Origin: an uncultured Chloroflexia bacterium
GTDB lineage: Bacteria; Chloroflexota; Limnocylindria; QHBO01
DNA: 64,000 nucleotides
Direction: 5' to 3'
Assembly (NCBI GenBank): GCA_963828485.1
Contig: CAWHEV010000009.1
Coordinates: 135,318-199,317, forward strand
Part shown: piece by piece, positions 49,593-59,223 of the stretch
Position numbering within the stretch: position 1 is the stretch's first letter
How the letters are laid out: each line of letters opens with the position of its first letter
The notes under the pieces: model-generated
Databases searched by the model: none
Seen by the model: the letters and a program-made list of their open reading frames with translations, nothing else
Told to the model about the DNA's origin: nothing
Program-made: the position numbers and the translations under genes

Positions 49593-50549
49593 ATGCCCGG
49601 TCCCCTCATCAGCACCCAGGGCCTCACCAAGCGCTATCCCGGCGGCGTCACCGCGCTCGACGGGCTGAGCGTCGAGATCGGCGACGGCGTCATCGGCCTC
49701 GTCGGTGCCAATGGTGCGGGCAAGAGCACCCTCATCAAGATCCTGCTCGGCCTGCTGCCACAGAGCGACGGCACGGCCACCGTCCTGGATCTCGACACCG
49801 CGACGCAGGGCTCTCGCATCCGCGAGCTGGTCGGGTACATGCCCGAGCACGACTGCCTGCCACCCGACGTGTCCGCGACGGAGTTCGTCAGCCACATGGC
49901 CCGCGTGTCGGGCCTGCCCGCCGGAGCGGCGCGGGAGCGGACGGCCGACGTCCTGCGTCACGTCGGCCTCTACGAGGAGCGGTACCGCCAGATCGGCGGG
50001 TACTCGACCGGGATGAAGCAGCGCGTGAAGCTGGCGCAGGCGCTCGTCCACGACCCATCGATCCTGTTCCTGGACGAGCCGACGAACGGCCTCGACCCCG
50101 CCGGACGCGACGAGATGCTCGCGCTCATCGAGCGGATCGGGCGCGACTTCGGGATCACGACCATCGTTGCAAGCCACCTGCTGGGCGAGATCGAGCGCAT
50201 CGCCGGCTGGCTCATCGCCATCGACGCCGGCCGGCTCCTGCGCACCGCCCCGTTGGCGAGCTTCACCGAGCGCACCGGCCAGCTCGTGGTCGAGACCGAG
50301 GACGAGAGCGCGCCGCTCGCCGATCGGCTCGTGACGCGTGGATTCGGTGCGCGAGCGTTCGGTCGCAACATCATCATCGACCTCGATACAGCGGTCGCGG
50401 GCGACGGCGAATACGCGGTGTACGACGCCGTCCGCGACGAGGCTGTGGCGCTGGGCATGTCCCTGGTGCGCATCGAGCATCGGCGGCATCAGCTCGAGGA
50501 CCTCTTCAGGGGAGACGCGGCCGGAGGGACCGATGAGCGCGTCGCCTGA
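49593..50549 (+). CDS. ABC transporter ATP-binding protein
   Basis: 318 aa with Walker A (GANGAGKST), signature (YSTGMKQRV) and Walker B (LFLDEPTNGLD), plus a C-terminal extension. Confidence 0.85.
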   Translation: MPGPLISTQGLTKRYPGGVTALDGLSVEIGDGVIGLVGANGAGKSTLIKILLGLLPQSDGTATVLDLDTATQGSRIRELVGYMPEHDCLPPDVSATEFVSHMARVSGLPAGAARERTADVLRHVGLYEERYRQIGGYSTGMKQRVKLAQALVHDPSILFLDEPTNGLDPAGRDEMLALIERIGRDFGITTIVASHLLGEIERIAGWLIAIDAGRLLRTAPLASFTERTGQLVVETEDESAPLADRLVTRGFGARAFGRNIIIDLDTAVAGDGEYAVYDAVRDEAVALGMSLVRIEHRRHQLEDLFRGDAAGGTDERVA

Positions 50550-51420
50550 GGCCACCACCGGCACGATCTACGACATCGGCTACCGCCACTACGACGGTCC
50601 CCGCCTGGGCCGGCGTGCGGCGGTCACGTCCGTCATCGCGGCCGGCCTGCGCGCGGTCTTCGGGCTGGGCCGCAGCGGGCGGGCGAAGATCATCCCGTGG
50701 GGCGCGGTCATCCTCGCCGCGTTGCCGGCCTTCGTCGCCATCGCGGTCCGGGTCCTGGCCGGCGAGATTCTCGAGGTCACGACCTATGAGCGATACCTGT
50801 GGGACGTTGGCGCGCTCTTGCCGATCTTCGTCGCCGCCCAGGCGCCCGAGCTCGTCGTCAACGACATCCGCCATCGCGTGCTGCCCCTGTACTTCAGCCG
50901 GCCGATGAGCCGCGCGGACTACGTCCTCGCCAAGCTCGCGGCCCTCTCGGTGGGCCTCCTGGCTCTCACTCTCTTGCCCGTCCTGCTCCTGTTCCTCGGT
51001 CGCGTGCTCGCCGCCGAGGACGTGGTCGCCGCGCTCGGCGACGAGGCGAGCGCGCTGCCGGGAATCGTGGGCAACGGCGTGCTGCATGCCGTGGTGCTGG
51101 CGGTGATCGGCATCACCGTGAGCTCGCTGGCCGGCCGACGGGCCTACGCGGCGGGGGCGGTCCTGGCGATCTTCCTCGTGGGCGGCGTGGTGAGCGGCGT
51201 CTTCTCCGTGACGGGCGACACGCTCGCCGACATCGCGCCGTTCACGAACCCGCTCACGATCCTCGATGGAACGCGCGAGTGGCTGTTCGGCGGCAGCGTG
51301 GCGGAGTCGCCCGTGCAGACCTCCGGCGCGCCGCTATGGACGTATGGAGCGGCGACCGCGCTGCTCACCGCGGTCTGCATCGTGATCCTCGTCGTTCGCT
51401 ACCGGCGGATCTCGACGTGA
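50533..51420 (+). CDS. ABC-2 type transporter permease
   Basis: Start at ATG 50533 (MSASPEAT...), in frame within ORF 50338..51420. Six TM helices. Overlaps the ATPase stop. Confidence 0.65.
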   Translation: MSASPEATTGTIYDIGYRHYDGPRLGRRAAVTSVIAAGLRAVFGLGRSGRAKIIPWGAVILAALPAFVAIAVRVLAGEILEVTTYERYLWDVGALLPIFVAAQAPELVVNDIRHRVLPLYFSRPMSRADYVLAKLAALSVGLLALTLLPVLLLFLGRVLAAEDVVAALGDEASALPGIVGNGVLHAVVLAVIGITVSSLAGRRAYAAGAVLAIFLVGGVVSGVFSVTGDTLADIAPFTNPLTILDGTREWLFGGSVAESPVQTSGAPLWTYGAATALLTAVCIVILVVRYRRIST

Positions 51421-52328
51421 GCACCCTGCGCCTGGAGTCGGTCTCGCGCTGGTATGGCAACGTCGTCGCCGTCAACGACGTGACGTTCGACGTCGGGCCC
51501 GGCATCACCGGCCTGCTGGGGCCGAACGGCGCCGGCAAGACGACCCTGCTCCACATGATGGCCGGCTTCCTGGCACCCAACTCCGGGACGGTCAGGCTCG
51601 ACGAGACGCCGACGTGGCACCATCCCGAGCTGTATCGCACCGTCGGCTTCGTCCCCGAGCGCGAGGCGGTCTACTCGTTCCTCACCGCGCGACAGTTCGT
51701 CAACTCGTCTGCCCGGCTCCAGGGTGTGCCCGACCCGGCCGCGGCCACCGAGCGCGCAATTTCCATCGTCGACCTTGCCGATGCCGCCGACCGCTCGATC
51801 GGCGGCTACTCGAAGGGCATGCGCCAACGCGCGAAGGTGGCCGCCGCCCTGGTCCACGACCCGCCCGTCCTCATCCTCGACGAGCCCTTCAACGGGATGG
51901 ATCCGCGCCAGCGGCTGCACATGATGGACCTCCTGCGCGGGATGGCCGAGGAGGGTCGAACGATCCTGTTCTCGAGCCACATCCTCGAGGAGGTCGAGCG
52001 CCTCAGCGACCGCGTCCTGGTGGTGGTGGCCGGGCGCCTGGCAGCGTCGGGCGACTTCCGCCGCATTCGCCGCCTCATGACCGACCGCCCGCACAGCTTC
52101 ACGCTCCGCTCCAGCGACGACCGCCGGCTGGCGCGCGAGCTGCTCGCCACCGAGGCGATCGAGTCGGTCGAGCTGCGCGACGGCGTCCTGACGGTGCGAA
52201 CCGGCGATCACGGCGCGCTCACCGCAGCCATCGCTCCGGCGGCCCAGCGCGCGGGAGTCTCGCTCCTCGAGCTGCGTCCGGCCGACGAGTCGCTCGAGTC
52301 GGTGTTCAGCTACCTCGTGCGCCGATGA
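51417..52328 (+). CDS. ABC transporter ATP-binding protein (second copy)
   Basis: GTG start at 51417, overlapping the permease stop (GTGA). Walker A (GPNGAGKTT), signature (YSKGMRQR) and Walker B (LILDEPFNGMD). Confidence 0.8.
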   Translation: MSTLRLESVSRWYGNVVAVNDVTFDVGPGITGLLGPNGAGKTTLLHMMAGFLAPNSGTVRLDETPTWHHPELYRTVGFVPEREAVYSFLTARQFVNSSARLQGVPDPAAATERAISIVDLADAADRSIGGYSKGMRQRAKVAAALVHDPPVLILDEPFNGMDPRQRLHMMDLLRGMAEEGRTILFSSHILEEVERLSDRVLVVVAGRLAASGDFRRIRRLMTDRPHSFTLRSSDDRRLARELLATEAIESVELRDGVLTVRTGDHGALTAAIAPAAQRAGVSLLELRPADESLESVFSYLVRR

Positions 52329-53053
52329 CCTCCGCGCTCGTCTCGATCACGCTCCGGGCCTTGCTGAACCGCCGGCGCATTCTGCTGCTCGGCCTGCTCG
52401 GCGTCATGCTGGTGTTCGTGGCCGTGGTCTACCAGCTCGGCTCGCCGAGTGCCAGCGAGTCGCTGGAGGTGACGGTGCGGCTGCTGGCGGACTTCGGGAT
52501 CGGGGTGCTGCTGCCGCTCGTGGCGGTCATCGTGGGCACGTCGGCCCTCGGGTCCGAACTCGAGGACGGCACCATCGTCTACCTGCTCGCCCGGCCTGTG
52601 CCGCGCTGGCGCATCGCCATCGTCAAGTGGCTGGTGGCGTGGCTGATCACCTCGCTGCTCGTTACGCCGGCGATCTTCGTGGCCGGAATCATCGGCCACG
52701 GTGACGTCCAGCTTGCGCTCGGATTCGCGGTCGCATCGGTCTTCGGGGCGCTGGAGTACACCTCGGTGTTCGTGGCGCTCTCGATCGTCACGACCCGGGC
52801 CCTGATCATCGGCCTGGCCTACGTGGTCGTCTGGGAAGGGTTCGTCGCCGCCCTGTTCGCGGGCACGCGCGCGCTCAGCATCCGCCAGCACACCCTGGCC
52901 GTGGCCGAGGCGCTGGGTGGGACCGGGGCGGCCGGGGTCGCCGAGCTCGAGCTTGCCAATGCCCTCGTGCTGGGTGCCGTGATCACGGCGCTGGCGGCGC
53001 TGGTGGCCGTGCGCCGGCTCGGGAACGTGGAGCTCCGTGGCGAGACGGCGTGA
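52325..53053 (+). CDS. ABC-2 type transporter permease (second copy)
   Basis: ATG 52325 (MTSALVSITLRALLNRRR...), overlapping the ATPase stop (ATGA). Six predicted TM helices. Confidence 0.65.
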   Translation: MTSALVSITLRALLNRRRILLLGLLGVMLVFVAVVYQLGSPSASESLEVTVRLLADFGIGVLLPLVAVIVGTSALGSELEDGTIVYLLARPVPRWRIAIVKWLVAWLITSLLVTPAIFVAGIIGHGDVQLALGFAVASVFGALEYTSVFVALSIVTTRALIIGLAYVVVWEGFVAALFAGTRALSIRQHTLAVAEALGGTGAAGVAELELANALVLGAVITALAALVAVRRLGNVELRGETA

Positions 53054-53054
53054 C

Positions 53055-54101
53055 ATGAGCGAGCTGTCACCTCCGTGGGGCCACGAATGGGCCGGCCGCC
53101 TCGACGAGCACGTGATCGACAGCGAGGCCCTCACCGGCAACGCGCTCGGCGACCCGCACCGACGCCCGCTCTATGTCTACACCCCGCCCGGCTACGATGC
53201 CGATCCCGAGCGCCGCTATCCCTCGGTCTACCTGATCCAGGGCCTCACCGGGCAGCTCGACATGTGGCGCAATCGGAGCTTCGGCGCGCCTACGGTGCTC
53301 GAATCGGTCGATGCCTGGTTCAGCGCGAACGACGCCGCTCGGGGGATCGTCGTGTACGTCGACGCGTGGACGAGCCTGGGTGGCTCGCAGTTCGTCGACT
53401 CGCCGGGCACGGGCCGCTATCACACCTACCTCTGCGACGAGATCGTCCCCTTCGTCGACGCGCAGTACCGGACGCTGACCGCGAAGGAGCACCGCGGCAT
53501 CGCCGGCAAGAGCAGCGGCGGCTACGGCGCCATGATCACGCCCATGCTGCGCCCCGACCTGTTCGGCGGCCTGGCGACGCACGCCGGCGATGCGCTCTTC
53601 GAGGCGTGCTACCTGCCAGAGTTCCGCGAGGTTGCCCGCGCCCTGCGCGACGGATACGACGGATCCTACGACGCCTTCTGGGCCGACCTCAGATCCCGTC
53701 CGGGCCGGTCGAAGAAGGCCGATGGCGTGCTCCTGAACTCGTGGTGCATGGCCGCCTGCTACTCGACCGATGCAGACGGCACCGTGCGCCTGCCGTTCGA
53801 CCCCGGCACCGGCGAGCTCCTCCCCGAGGTGTGGGACCGGTGGCTGGCGTGGGACCCCGTCCGCATGGCGGAGGCCTGTGCCGATGCGCTCCGCGGGCTG
53901 CGCGCGATCTGGATCGACGCCGGGCGCAGCGACGAGTACTACCTCGACCTCGGCGCCGAGGCGTTCCGCGCGGCGCTCGAGTCGATCGGAGTGAGCGAGC
54001 CGGTGGTGCGGTTCGAGCTCTTCGAGGGCACGCACGCCGGGATCACGTGGCGCTATCCCGAGGCCATCGGCTGGCTGGCTGAGCGACTGGCCCCCACCTG
54101 A
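53055..54101 (+). CDS. esterase (putative esterase / enterochelin-esterase-like alpha/beta hydrolase)
   Basis: The ATG follows the upstream stop directly. Nucleophile elbow GKSSGGYGA. Typical PF00756-like layout. Confidence 0.75.
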   Translation: MSELSPPWGHEWAGRLDEHVIDSEALTGNALGDPHRRPLYVYTPPGYDADPERRYPSVYLIQGLTGQLDMWRNRSFGAPTVLESVDAWFSANDAARGIVVYVDAWTSLGGSQFVDSPGTGRYHTYLCDEIVPFVDAQYRTLTAKEHRGIAGKSSGGYGAMITPMLRPDLFGGLATHAGDALFEACYLPEFREVARALRDGYDGSYDAFWADLRSRPGRSKKADGVLLNSWCMAACYSTDADGTVRLPFDPGTGELLPEVWDRWLAWDPVRMAEACADALRGLRAIWIDAGRSDEYYLDLGAEAFRAALESIGVSEPVVRFELFEGTHAGITWRYPEAIGWLAERLAPT

Positions 54102-54184
54102 GGCTGGCACGCCAGACGCTATGGTGACTCGGTGAGCCGCCAAGCAGCCAACCGACGGCTCACGGTACGGGAGAGCGCAGGCAG

Positions 54185-55066
54185 ATGACATTTCGACCGG
54201 ATGTGGACCTCGACCCGGGACAGGTCCAGGATCGACGCGGCGGGCGCCGCATCAACCGCGGCGGCCTGGCCGTGGGCGGTGGGCTTGGCACGATCGGCAC
54301 GATCATCGTGGTCGCGATCCTCCTGCTCAACGGCGGCAACCTCGGCGACCTGGGGCTCGGCGCGCTGCCCGGCGCGGCGCCCGAGGGGCCAGTCGGCAGC
54401 CAGGCCACGGACGAGTGCCGCACCGGCGCCGATGCCAACGAGCGCCAGGACTGCCGCATCGTCGGCACGGTGAACAGCCTTCAGGCGCACTGGTCGGACG
54501 CGTTCGCCGAATCTGACCAGGAATACACCCCGGCGACGACCGTGCTCTTCACCGGATCGGTGAGCACGGCCTGCGGCAGCGCCACCAGCGCCGTCGGCCC
54601 GTTCTACTGCCCGCTCGACCAGCGGGTCTACATCGACCTCGATTTCTACAGCGAGCTCGAGACACGGTTTGGGGCCGAGGGAGGTCCGTTCGCGGAGATG
54701 TACGTGCTGGCGCACGAATATGGCCACCACGCCCAGAACCTGCTCGGCCTCCTCGACGCTGGTCGTGACGCGGGTGCGGAGGGTGGCGCGGTCCGCGTCG
54801 AGCTCCAGGCGGACTGCTTCGCCGGCGTGTGGGCCGCCAACGCGGTCGAGACCGGCTTCCTGGAGCCGCTCACCCAGGAGCAGGTCAACCAGGCTCTGGA
54901 CGCTGCCTCGGTCATCGGCGACGACCGCATCCAGGAGCAGACGACCGGCCAGGTGAACCCGGAGACATGGACCCACGGTTCCTCAGCGCAGCGCCAGGAG
55001 TGGTTCGTCACCGGCTACAACAGTGGCTCGGCGAGCGACTGCAACACCCAGGACGCCGACCTCTAG
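54185..55066 (+). CDS. ypfJ: YpfJ-family neutral zinc metallopeptidase
   Basis: 293 aa with an N-terminal TM, the HEYGHH zinc motif, and conserved PFYCP and ELQADCFAGVW regions of the KPN_02809/YpfJ family. Confidence 0.8.
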   Translation: MTFRPDVDLDPGQVQDRRGGRRINRGGLAVGGGLGTIGTIIVVAILLLNGGNLGDLGLGALPGAAPEGPVGSQATDECRTGADANERQDCRIVGTVNSLQAHWSDAFAESDQEYTPATTVLFTGSVSTACGSATSAVGPFYCPLDQRVYIDLDFYSELETRFGAEGGPFAEMYVLAHEYGHHAQNLLGLLDAGRDAGAEGGAVRVELQADCFAGVWAANAVETGFLEPLTQEQVNQALDAASVIGDDRIQEQTTGQVNPETWTHGSSAQRQEWFVTGYNSGSASDCNTQDADL

Positions 55067-55135
55067 CCTCGGGCCGGGGTTGGCGATGGGCGCCGAACGT
55101 GTGAGACTGTCGCCCCGCTGACGGGAGGTGAGCCA

Positions 55136-57139
55136 TTGACGAGCACGAACGGGCATCCCGGGATGCCGATCCCGCACGGCTCGGACCTGCGGTTCGGCTC
55201 GTCGCCGTTCCCGCCCATCGGTGAGTACGGCTTCCTCTCCGATTGCGAGACGACGGCCCTGATCGCCCCGAGCGGGAACGTCGAGTGGCTCTGTCTGCCC
55301 CGCATCGATTCGCCGAGCGTGTTCGGCTCGATCCTCGATCGCGACGCGGGCGGGTTCCGCTTCGGACCGTCCGACATCGCGGTGCCGGCGGCCCGTCGCT
55401 ACCTGCCGGGAACCATGGTGCTCGAGACCAGCTGGGGCTCGCCGAGCGGCTGGATCATCGTGCGCGACGTGCTCCTCATGGGACCGTGGCGCAGCACCGA
55501 CACCCGCTCGAAGATCCAGCGCCGCCCGCCGACCGACTATGACACGAGCCACATCCTGCTGCGGATGGTGCGCTGCGTGAACGGGGAGATGCAGCTCGTC
55601 CTCAACTGCGAGCCGGCCTTCGACTACGGGCACCATCTCGGGGCGTGGTCGTACACCGAGGACGGCTACCGCCAGGCGCGCTGCGCGACCGATGAGAGCG
55701 AGGTCGAGCTGGTCCTCACCAGCGACATCAACCTCGGGATCGAAGGTCCGCGGGTCGCCGCGCGAACGCTGCTCAAGGAGGGCGACTCCCGCTTCGTCGC
55801 GCTCGCCTGGAACGGTGCCGAAGCTCCTCGGACGACCGACGAGGCCTACAAGCGCCTGGTGTGGACCGCGCACCATTGGCAGCACTGGATGGCGCGGGGC
55901 GACTTCCCCGACCATCCGTGGCGCTCGCACCTGGAGCGATCGGCACTGACCCTCAAGGGCCTCACCTACGCGCCGAGTGGCGCGATCGTGGCGGCCGCCA
56001 CCACGTCGCTGCCCGAGACGCCGGGCGGCGAGCGCAACTGGGACTACCGCTACACCTGGATCCGCGACTCGACGTTCGCGCTGTGGGCGCTCTACACGCT
56101 CGGCTTCGCGTGGGAGGCGAGCGACTACCTGTACTTCATCGCCGACGTCGCCGAGCGCGACGAAGAGCTGCAGATCATGTACGGCGTGGACGGCGAGCGA
56201 GCGCTACCCGAACGCACCCTCGAACGCCTCTCGGGCTACGAGGGCGCCCGGCCGGTCCGCATCGGCAACGGCGCCTACGGCCAGCGTCAGCACGACATGT
56301 GGGGTGCCGTGCTCGACTCGGTGTACCTGCACACGAAGTCGCGGGACCACCTCGACGAGCGCATCTGGCCGATCCTGGTGCGCCAGGTGGAGGCGGCGAT
56401 CGAGCATTGGCGTGAGCCGGACCGCGGAATCTGGGAGGTGCGCGGAGAGCCGAAGCACTTCACCAGCTCGAAGGTCATGTGCTGGGTCGCCGCGGATCGC
56501 GGTGCGCGACTGGCCCGCCTGCGCGAGGAGCCGGAGCTCGCGAAGCGCTGGCAGGCGGCGGCCGACGAGATCCACGCCGACGTGTGCGCCAACGGCGTCG
56601 ATGAGCGGGGCGTATTCGTCCAGCACTACGACACCAAGGCGCTGGACGCCTCCGCGCTTCTCATGCCGCTCGTCCGATTCCTGCCTCCGGAGGACGATCG
56701 GATCCGGCGCACGGTCCTGGCCATCGCGGACGAGCTGACCACCGACGGGCTCGTCCTGCGCTATCGCACCGACGAGACCGACGACGGCCTGTCCGGCGAA
56801 GAGGGCACGTTCACGATCTGCTCGTTCTGGCTCGTCTCGGCACTGTGCGAGATCGGCGAGGTGGCGCGATCGCGGAGGCTGTGCGAGAAGCTCCTGTCGT
56901 ACGCCAGCTCGCTCGGCCTCTACGGGGAGGAGCTCGATCCGGGGACCGGCCGCCACCTCGGGAATTTCCCGCAGGCGTTCACCCACCTGGCGCTCATCAA
57001 CGCGGTCATGCACGTCATCGGCGCAGAGGAAGGGCATCCGTCGCAGCGAAGCGCGCCGCTCTCGCCGCAGCGTGCCGAAGGATCGAACGGCCAGGCGAAC
57101 GAGCCTGTCGCGCAGCCCTCGAGCGTGGACGCGGAGTGA
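55136..57139 (+). CDS. glycoside hydrolase family 15 protein (glucoamylase/trehalase-like)
   Basis: 667 aa with a GH15 N-terminal beta-sandwich plus the (alpha/alpha)6 catalytic domain (NWDYRYTWIRDS, EGTFTICSFWLVSAL). Confidence 0.8.
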   Translation: MTSTNGHPGMPIPHGSDLRFGSSPFPPIGEYGFLSDCETTALIAPSGNVEWLCLPRIDSPSVFGSILDRDAGGFRFGPSDIAVPAARRYLPGTMVLETSWGSPSGWIIVRDVLLMGPWRSTDTRSKIQRRPPTDYDTSHILLRMVRCVNGEMQLVLNCEPAFDYGHHLGAWSYTEDGYRQARCATDESEVELVLTSDINLGIEGPRVAARTLLKEGDSRFVALAWNGAEAPRTTDEAYKRLVWTAHHWQHWMARGDFPDHPWRSHLERSALTLKGLTYAPSGAIVAAATTSLPETPGGERNWDYRYTWIRDSTFALWALYTLGFAWEASDYLYFIADVAERDEELQIMYGVDGERALPERTLERLSGYEGARPVRIGNGAYGQRQHDMWGAVLDSVYLHTKSRDHLDERIWPILVRQVEAAIEHWREPDRGIWEVRGEPKHFTSSKVMCWVAADRGARLARLREEPELAKRWQAAADEIHADVCANGVDERGVFVQHYDTKALDASALLMPLVRFLPPEDDRIRRTVLAIADELTTDGLVLRYRTDETDDGLSGEEGTFTICSFWLVSALCEIGEVARSRRLCEKLLSYASSLGLYGEELDPGTGRHLGNFPQAFTHLALINAVMHVIGAEEGHPSQRSAPLSPQRAEGSNGQANEPVAQPSSVDAE

Positions 57140-58083
57140 GCCAACGCCCGTTCCGATTCCTCGCCGACGCGCGAGAGATCGCCACGATTCGCGAGCTGAC
57201 CGAGACGGTTCGACGCGCGGAGGCTATCGGGATCGACACCCTCGTCATCCCCGACCACCTGATCCAGCAGCTGTCGCCGATCGCGGCCATGGCCGCGATC
57301 GCGGCCGTTTCGGATCGGCTGCGCATCGGCGCGTTCGTGCTCAATAACGACCTTCGCCATCCCGCGGTCCTCGCCCAGGACCTCGCAAGCCTCGACGTGC
57401 TTTCCGAGGGACGGCTGGACGTGGCGATCGGCGCCGGGTGGAACCATGCCGAGTATGCGGCGATCGGGCTGGCCTTCGATCCGACGCCGGTCCGCCAGGC
57501 GCGGCTGGCCGAGGCCGTCGCCGTCCTCAAGGGCTGCTTCGCCGAGGGCCCGTTCAACTTCACCGGGACGCACTACACGATCACGGACTACGACGCTCAG
57601 CCAAAGCCCATGCAGCGACCACACCCACCGTTCATGATCGGAGGTGGAGGGCGGCGCACGCTCGAGCTGGCCGGACGCGAGGCCCAGATTGTGGGCGTGG
57701 CGCCGCGCATCTCGCCGCGTGGCGGCCCGGATCCGAGCTCGATCACCTTCGAGGGGACGCGCGAGAAGATCGGATGGGTGCGGGAGGCAGCCGGTGACCG
57801 GTTCGAGTCGATCGAGCTGAACGTCTACCCCTCGATGACCGGCATCAGCATCACCGACGCACCCCTCCGCGAGGCAGCGGACGTCGCAGCGCGGCTCGAG
57901 GAGCGAATTGGCTTCGCGGTTCCAGCCGAGGAGCTGCTCGACTCGCCGCACATCTTCATCGGCACCGAGGATGACTTCGTCGCGAAGTTCACGCGACTCC
58001 GTGACGACCTCGGGATCACCTCGATCATGGTCGGCGCCGTGGGTGAGATGGACTCCGTGGTGGAACGCCTGGCCGGCACGTGA
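57136..58083 (+). CDS. LLM-class (luciferase-like) F420/flavin-dependent oxidoreductase
   Basis: GTG start overlapping the GH15 stop (GTGA). Motifs RLRIGAFVLNNDLRHPAVLAQDLASLDVLSEGRLDVAIGAGW are typical of the LLM family. Confidence 0.78.
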   Translation: MSQRPFRFLADAREIATIRELTETVRRAEAIGIDTLVIPDHLIQQLSPIAAMAAIAAVSDRLRIGAFVLNNDLRHPAVLAQDLASLDVLSEGRLDVAIGAGWNHAEYAAIGLAFDPTPVRQARLAEAVAVLKGCFAEGPFNFTGTHYTITDYDAQPKPMQRPHPPFMIGGGGRRTLELAGREAQIVGVAPRISPRGGPDPSSITFEGTREKIGWVREAAGDRFESIELNVYPSMTGISITDAPLREAADVAARLEERIGFAVPAEELLDSPHIFIGTEDDFVAKFTRLRDDLGITSIMVGAVGEMDSVVERLAGT

Positions 58084-58124
58084 ATCGACGGCGCCGTCGA
58101 GGATGAGATATCGTCAGGCAGCGT

Positions 58125-58200
58125 GCGGGAGTAGCTCAGTTGGTAGAGCGGCAGCCTTCCAAGCTGCATGTCGCGAGTTCGATCCTCGTCTCCCGCTCCA
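58125..58200 (+). tRNA. tRNA-Gly (anticodon TCC)
   Basis: GCGGGAGTAGCTCAGTTGGTAGAGC... with acceptor stem GCGGGAG/CTCCCGC, anticodon loop CTTCCAA, T-loop TTCGATC and an encoded CCA. Confidence 0.85.
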
Positions 58201-58250
58201 ACATTTCAGTCTCTTTGGGTCTTTGCGCAGGCATCAGAGGTGACCCACCC

Positions 58251-59189
58251 ATGACGCTCCCAGCTGCGTCCATCAGCATCTCGCGAGACCAGAATCACCT
58301 CGCCTGGGATCCCGCCATCGAGCCCGTTGCCGCCGTCGGCTCCGGGGACGTCGTCGCATTCGATTGCCTCGACGCGTCGAACGGCCAGATCACCGCGGAC
58401 TCAACCACCGAGACGCTCGAGACGCTCGTCTTCGACCAGGTCGATCAGGTCACGGGACCCGTCGCCGTCGAGGGCGCAGAGCCCGGCGACACGCTCCAGG
58501 TCGACCTGCTCGACTTCGTCCCCGCCGACTGGGGCTGGACCGCCTCGATTCCAGGGTTCGGCCTTCTGGCCGACGAATTTCCGGACGCCTTCCTGAAGAT
58601 CACCCGGCTGCCGAGCGAGGGCGCCGTCGAATTCTGGCCGGGGATCCACCTGCCGATTGCCCCGTTCTGCGGTGAGCTCGGCGTGGCGCCCGAGAAGGGA
58701 CCGCTCTCCACCATTCCGCCGGACCTGCACGGCGGCAACATGGACACGCGCCACCTCGTCGCCGGATCGACGCTGTTCCTTCCCGTCTTCCACGCCGGAG
58801 CGCGGTTCTCCATCGGCGACGGCCACGCCACCCAGGGAGATGGCGAGGTGTCGGGAACCGCGATCGAGACGCCGATGCGGGCTCTCGTGCGCCTCACCGT
58901 CCGCAAGGATCTCCACCTGACCGGCCCCGAGTTCATCGCCGCACCCGACCCGCACGCCGAGCTGCGCAACGGGCCGCGCTACGCGACGGACGGCATCGGC
59001 CCCGACCTCATGGAGGCGGCCCGCGACGCGCTGCGACGCATGATCGAGTGGCTCGGCCGCGAGCACGGCCTCGAGCCGATGCAGGCATACCTGCTGGCCA
59101 GCGTCGCCATCGACCTGCGCATCAGCGAGATCGTGGACGTGCCGAACTTCGTGGTCACGGCCTACTGCCCGCTGGGATTCTTCGACTAG
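58251..59189 (+). CDS. acetamidase/formamidase (FmdA/AmdA family)
   Basis: 312 aa from ATG 58251 (MTLPAASISISRDQNHLAWDP...), with the conserved GPVAVEGAEPGDTL and HGGNMD motifs of the family. Confidence 0.8.
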   Translation: MTLPAASISISRDQNHLAWDPAIEPVAAVGSGDVVAFDCLDASNGQITADSTTETLETLVFDQVDQVTGPVAVEGAEPGDTLQVDLLDFVPADWGWTASIPGFGLLADEFPDAFLKITRLPSEGAVEFWPGIHLPIAPFCGELGVAPEKGPLSTIPPDLHGGNMDTRHLVAGSTLFLPVFHAGARFSIGDGHATQGDGEVSGTAIETPMRALVRLTVRKDLHLTGPEFIAAPDPHAELRNGPRYATDGIGPDLMEAARDALRRMIEWLGREHGLEPMQAYLLASVAIDLRISEIVDVPNFVVTAYCPLGFFD

Positions 59190-59223
59190 CGGAGCGGGCC
59201 GGCGTCGCCGCCGGCCCGCATCG

